From an uncultured Spirochaetota bacterium (GTDB taxonomy: Bacteria > Spirochaetota > UBA4802 > UBA5550), in contig CAWHAA010000004.1 in the NCBI GenBank assembly GCA_963827275.1, forward strand, positions 256,001-320,000: a stretch of 64,000 nucleotides of DNA, in the 5' to 3' direction. The number at the start of each line of letters is the position of its first letter. Position 1 is the stretch's first letter. The notes under the pieces were generated by a model. That model saw nothing but the letters and a program-made list of their open reading frames with translations. It ran no database searches and was not told the origin of the DNA. Of this stretch, positions 60,506 through 64,000 are shown one piece after another. A program made the position numbers and the translations under genes.

Positions 60506-61540
60506 CTATATAAATCCCCCGATATGCTTGGAGATCTTTTCAATGTCGCGCCTGCTCAGTGTAGGATACAGCGGCACGGTGAACAATTTTTTCGATAAGC
60601 GCTCCGCATTCGGGAAGCCTGCGCCGCCCAGTTCAAGAAGGGCATGGAGCGGATATTCAATCGGCCTGATCACTTCGATCCGGCTTTTTCTCCAGTAGGC
60701 CTCGATTTTTTCGTTGGAAACGTTGAATAACACGGGAAACGACTGGTAGGCGAAGCGGTCGCCGAACTGGAACGGGGTCTTGTGAGAGGTTATCCTGACC
60801 GAATCGTGATAGATCCTGGCGATGTCCCTCCTGCGGCAGAGAAGATCGGGGAGCTTTGCCAGCTGTGACGAGCCCATTGCGCCCTGGAAGTCCGAGATGG
60901 CATAATCGTAATGCAGATGGTGTTCGCCGTTCCCGCGGAACTCCTTCATCACCGAATAGTGCTTTGAATTATTGGTCAGCAGCATGCCCCCGTTGCCGGT
61001 GGTGATAATGCCTGCGGGATCGAACGAAGCGACGGCAATGGCCGCATTCCTGCCCGCCGGCACCTCGTCTATTTCCGTCCCGATCGCGTGCGATATGTCC
61101 TCGATAACCGGCACCGCGATCTCCTCGAGCCCCTGGTACCGGGCATGAAATCCGAACAGGTGGCCGATCACGATGGCCTTTGTTTTTTCGGTTATTTTTC
61201 CCTTTATGTCCTCGAGGGAGGGAAAAAGCGAATCCTTCTCGTTGTCCACGAGGACGGCCTTCCCGCCCGTCATGGAGAGCGCGGAAAGCGGCGCCTGGGG
61301 AAAATAGGAGGGCATGATCACTTCGTCGTCGGCGCCGATTTCGAGCGCCTTGAACGCCAGGTGGTAGGCGGCGGTAAGCGAGCAGGTCGAGAGGGCGTAT
61401 TTGAGGCCGATCATCTTCGCGATGCCGTTCTCGAAATTCCGCACCGATTCGCCCGCCACCAGCTCATCATTGATGAGGCTGTCAAGGACCGCTTCAAGCT
61501 CTTTCCGGGTGATCGTGGGCCGGTTCGATACGATTTTCAT
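60506..61540 (-). CDS. DegT/DnrJ/EryC1/StrS family protein lacking the catalytic lysine
   Basis: ITEKTKAIVIGHLFG, VIEDISHAIG, SFDPAGIITTGNGG and TVPLYPTLS. Confidence 0.88.
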   Translation of the reverse strand: MKIVSNRPTITRKELEAVLDSLINDELVAGESVRNFENGIAKMIGLKYALSTCSLTAAYHLAFKALEIGADDEVIMPSYFPQAPLSALSMTGGKAVLVDNEKDSLFPSLEDIKGKITEKTKAIVIGHLFGFHARYQGLEEIAVPVIEDISHAIGTEIDEVPAGRNAAIAVASFDPAGIITTGNGGMLLTNNSKHYSVMKEFRGNGEHHLHYDYAISDFQGAMGSSQLAKLPDLLCRRRDIARIYHDSVRITSHKTPFQFGDRFAYQSFPVLFNVSNEKIEAYWRKSRIEVIRPIEYPLHALLELGGAGFPNAERLSKKLFTVPLYPTLSRRDIEKISKHIGGFI

Positions 61541-61799
61541 GCCCTTCCCCCTGGAATGTGTTTCGGGTAGTATGACTGCTGGATTATTCATGGCCTTTTC
61601 TATGTCACCACTATCTAAATTTATTCAAAATGGTCAAGAATGTTTTATGTCTCATTGATAAAATGATGAATTTTTAACGCCGCGGCTGGGCCGCGTGAAA
61701 ACGGGCTCCGCGCCGGATTTTTGTTGTTAAGCCAGGGTGTGTTATGTCCGATATTTTATAGAGAACCTTATATGGATTGCTGCAGGATGGAGGTATAGC

Positions 61800-62693
61800 A
61801 TGAAGTCAACAACCAGATGGACGGCCCCGGGCGCGGGCATGCTGGCATTATTATTTTTCGTGAGCTGCGCTGCTGAAAATTCCTTTGTAAAGACCCGCGA
61901 TTACCGCAAGGCGGAATACAGCGCCGCAGCGGATGAAGGCGGATATGACGAGGAGAGCAATGATTTCGGCGCTGCCGGAGACGGCACAAGAGCCGTCCCC
62001 GCGGATAAAAAGGCCCGCACCAGTGAAGTTTCAGACGACATGGGTGCCGGCGAGACTTCTTACAGGAAAGAGTCATTTTACCAGACGGGACTGGCGTCCT
62101 GGTACGGCCGCGAGTTCAACGGAAAGAAGACCGCGTCGGGCGAGAAGTTCGACATGAACGGGCTGACGGGAGCGCACAAGACACTCCCCTTTGGCACGGT
62201 ATTGAAGGTTAAAAATTTTGATAACGGAAAAATAGTCACCGTGCGCATCAATGATCGCGGTCCCTACAAGGGAAACAGGATAATCGACCTTTCCTACGGA
62301 GCGGCGAAAAAGATCGGCATGCTGCAGGAAGGCCAGGCCCAGGTGGGGATCAAGATCCTCAAAAAAGGTGGCGACAGCGGGGCATACGACGGCGACAATG
62401 AAAACACGGATGACGGCGATGTCGAAGCGGTAGCCGACGATTCAGACAGCGAAAATTCCCCGGGCAGCGGTTCCTACGCCATCCAGGCAGGGGCCTTTTA
62501 CTCGAAGCGGAACGCGGAGAATCTGAAAAGCAGGATCGAGGGAATGACGAATAATTCCGTGGTCATCAGGCAGGATGGTGACCTCTACAAGGTGCGCATC
62601 GAGGGCATTTCTTCGAAAAGGGAGATCGAGACGATGAAACAGGCGCTCTCGGAGGACAATATCCCTTCATACACGATACAGAAAGATGAATAA
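61800..62693 (+). CDS. rlpA: Septal ring lytic transglycosylase RlpA (lipoprotein, DPBB plus SPOR)
   Basis: GLASWYG, TASGE, AHKTLPFG, RINDRGP, IIDLS and IQAGAF SPOR domain. Confidence 0.95.
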   Translation: MKSTTRWTAPGAGMLALLFFVSCAAENSFVKTRDYRKAEYSAAADEGGYDEESNDFGAAGDGTRAVPADKKARTSEVSDDMGAGETSYRKESFYQTGLASWYGREFNGKKTASGEKFDMNGLTGAHKTLPFGTVLKVKNFDNGKIVTVRINDRGPYKGNRIIDLSYGAAKKIGMLQEGQAQVGIKILKKGGDSGAYDGDNENTDDGDVEAVADDSDSENSPGSGSYAIQAGAFYSKRNAENLKSRIEGMTNNSVVIRQDGDLYKVRIEGISSKREIETMKQALSEDNIPSYTIQKDE

Positions 62694-62695
62694 CG

Positions 62696-62729
62696 TGCGG
62701 GAACCGCCGGCCATCCGGCGGTTCCCGCA
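62696..62729. terminator. Perfect 15-bp stem-loop after rlpA (no U-tract)
   Basis: TGCGGGAACCGCCGG-CCAT-CCGGCGGTTCCCGCA. Confidence 0.55.
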
Positions 62730-62858
62730 TAGTAGTATATGCTGCCGATGGTAATCTGCCGCGGGCGCCGGGACCCTTTCAGGATTTCGCGCGCCTGCCC
62801 TGAATTTTCTTGAAGAATCCGTAAAAAATCCTTGAAATTAGAAAATATCAAAATTTTA

Positions 62859-62886
62859 TTGACAAAAAGAGGGTGGTTTCTATGAT
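62859..62886 (+). promoter_or_regulatory. Sigma70-like promoter of the tRNA-Thr-rpmG-secE-nusG unit
   Basis: TTGACA-N16-TATGAT, 14 bp before the tRNA. Confidence 0.75.
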
Positions 62887-62900
62887 TTCCACCTACCTCT

Positions 62901-62973
62901 GCCCACGTAGCTCAGTCGGTAGAGCATTTGCATGGTAAGCAAAAGGTCACCAGTTCAATTCTGGTCGTGGGCT
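62901..62973 (+). tRNA. tRNA-Thr (anticodon GGT)
   Basis: GCCCACG/CGTGGGC acceptor, TTTGC-ATGGTAA-GCAAA anticodon arm and GTTCAATTC T loop. Confidence 0.95.
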
Positions 62974-63103
62974 CATAGTATGCGATAAAAGACTGAGCTC
63001 ACAGTTCCGTATCCGCAAGGGGTAATTCCAATTTAAATTAAATTGGGCAACTGCAGGTTAACTGCAATTTTTATGTAATAATTTGTCATAATCAGAGGAG
63101 CAT

Positions 63104-63257
63104 ATGCGCGATATCATACTGTTGGCATGCCAGGAATGTAAAAGGCGGAATTATTCTCGTTACCAAGAATAAGAAGAACCAGACCGGCAAGCTCGAGGTG
63201 AAGAAGTTCTGCAAGTTCTGCAACAAGCACACTTCTCACAAGGAAACGAAGGCGTAG
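63104..63257 (+). CDS. rpmG: 50S ribosomal protein L33 (zinc-binding form); one extra base near 63158
   Basis: [27 protein letters not shown] then [32 protein letters not shown] in the +1 frame; absent from the ORF track. Confidence 0.93.
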
Positions 63258-63264
63258 GTTCATC

Positions 63265-63468
63265 GTGAAAAAAATTCTAGAGGCCATCCGCGGGGCAGTT
63301 ATATATGTCCGTGAGTCAAAAGATGAGCTGAAGAAAGTCACCTGGCCCACGAGGGACGAGGTCACCAGCTTCACTCTCGTTGTCATCGTGACGCTGCTCG
63401 TGATATCGTTTTTTCTCTGGTTTGTCGATCTGGGGCTTATGTCAATTACACAGAAGTTAGTGAAGTAA
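63265..63468 (+). CDS. secE: Preprotein translocase subunit SecE
   Basis: ELKKVTWPTR plus one TM; lies between rpmG and nusG. Confidence 0.96.
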   Translation: MKKILEAIRGAVIYVRESKDELKKVTWPTRDEVTSFTLVVIVTLLVISFFLWFVDLGLMSITQKLVK

Positions 63469-63471
63469 ACT

Positions 63472-64000
63472 ATGGCAAAAGAGTGGTATGTCGTACATAC
63501 ATATTCGGGCCACGAGAACAAGGTCAAACTTGCTATCGAGAAAGAAGCTGAAAAGCGCGGCCTGCAGGAAAAGCTGATCCAGGTCAAGATTCCGACCGTG
63601 GAGGTTCCTGAAGTCAAGGACGGGAAAAAACGGATCAGGTCGAAGAAGTTTTTCCCCGGCTATGTTCTCGTCGAGATGGAATTTGAGGATGAGACCTGGG
63701 GCCTGGTCAAAGGCATAACGGGCGTGACCAATTTTGTCGGCACGTACGGTTCAAACAAACCGAAGCCGCTGTCACGGGAAGAGGTAAGCTCCCTGTTCGA
63801 CCAGATGGGAGAGCAGAAGATAAAGGAAAAGATCTCGACCGTGGTCGATTTCACCGTTGGGGAGCATATCAAGGTTATCGACGGGCCTTTCAATAATTTC
63901 AGCGGCGTCGTCGAAGAAGTGTATCCTGAAAAAGGAAGGCTCCGGGTCAAGGTCGAGATTTTCGGCCGCGGCACGCCTGTTGAGCTTGACTTTTTACAGG
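63472..64000 (+). CDS. nusG: Transcription termination/antitermination factor NusG (3' end cut by window)
   Basis: WYVVHTYSGHENKV, FPGYVLVEM, VTNFVG, VIDGPFNNFSG and IFGRGTPVEL. Confidence 0.97.
   Translation, partial: MAKEWYVVHTYSGHENKVKLAIEKEAEKRGLQEKLIQVKIPTVEVPEVKDGKKRIRSKKFFPGYVLVEMEFEDETWGLVKGITGVTNFVGTYGSNKPKPLSREEVSSLFDQMGEQKIKEKISTVVDFTVGEHIKVIDGPFNNFSGVVEEVYPEKGRLRVKVEIFGRGTPVELDFLQ

Overview
A gene-dense, GC-rich chromosomal segment of a spirochaete, probably a free-living uncultured lineage with Leptospira-like gene families. The assignment rests on a P83/100-like antigen, a periplasmic-flagellar collar FlcA-like gene, a FecR/LipL45-like lipoprotein and a 7TM-SpoIIE phosphatase. 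Core content includes trxA, psd, hsp20-dnaK under a perfect CIRCE, mutY, tRNA-Arg(CCT)-prfA-prmC, nth, rdgB, rlpA and tRNA-Thr(GGT)-rpmG-secE-nusG. No prophage, integrase, transposase, rRNA or CRISPR array is visible. Many genes carry single-base frameshifts, including the ribosomal protein gene rpmG and probably the prfA start, so most breaks look like sequencing or assembly indels rather than pseudogenes. The best leads are: (1) a hidden selenoprotein, a peroxiredoxin-like protein with an in-frame UGA in a U-P-Y-C motif followed by a hairpin, which the ORF track splits in two; (2) an ECF sigma / membrane anti-sigma / FN3 beta-barrel operon in which the anti-sigma and the surface protein share a small beta domain, suggesting a trans-envelope signalling system without a TonB-dependent receptor; (3) a small-lipoprotein plus exported-protein operon, largely missed by the ORF track, behind a palindrome-containing promoter; (4) an ectopic YidD-like gene with two TPR/TM2-like paralogues; (5) a DegT-family protein lacking the PLP lysine and an Fe-S-less MutY. 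All family assignments come from recognising motifs by eye; no database search was run.
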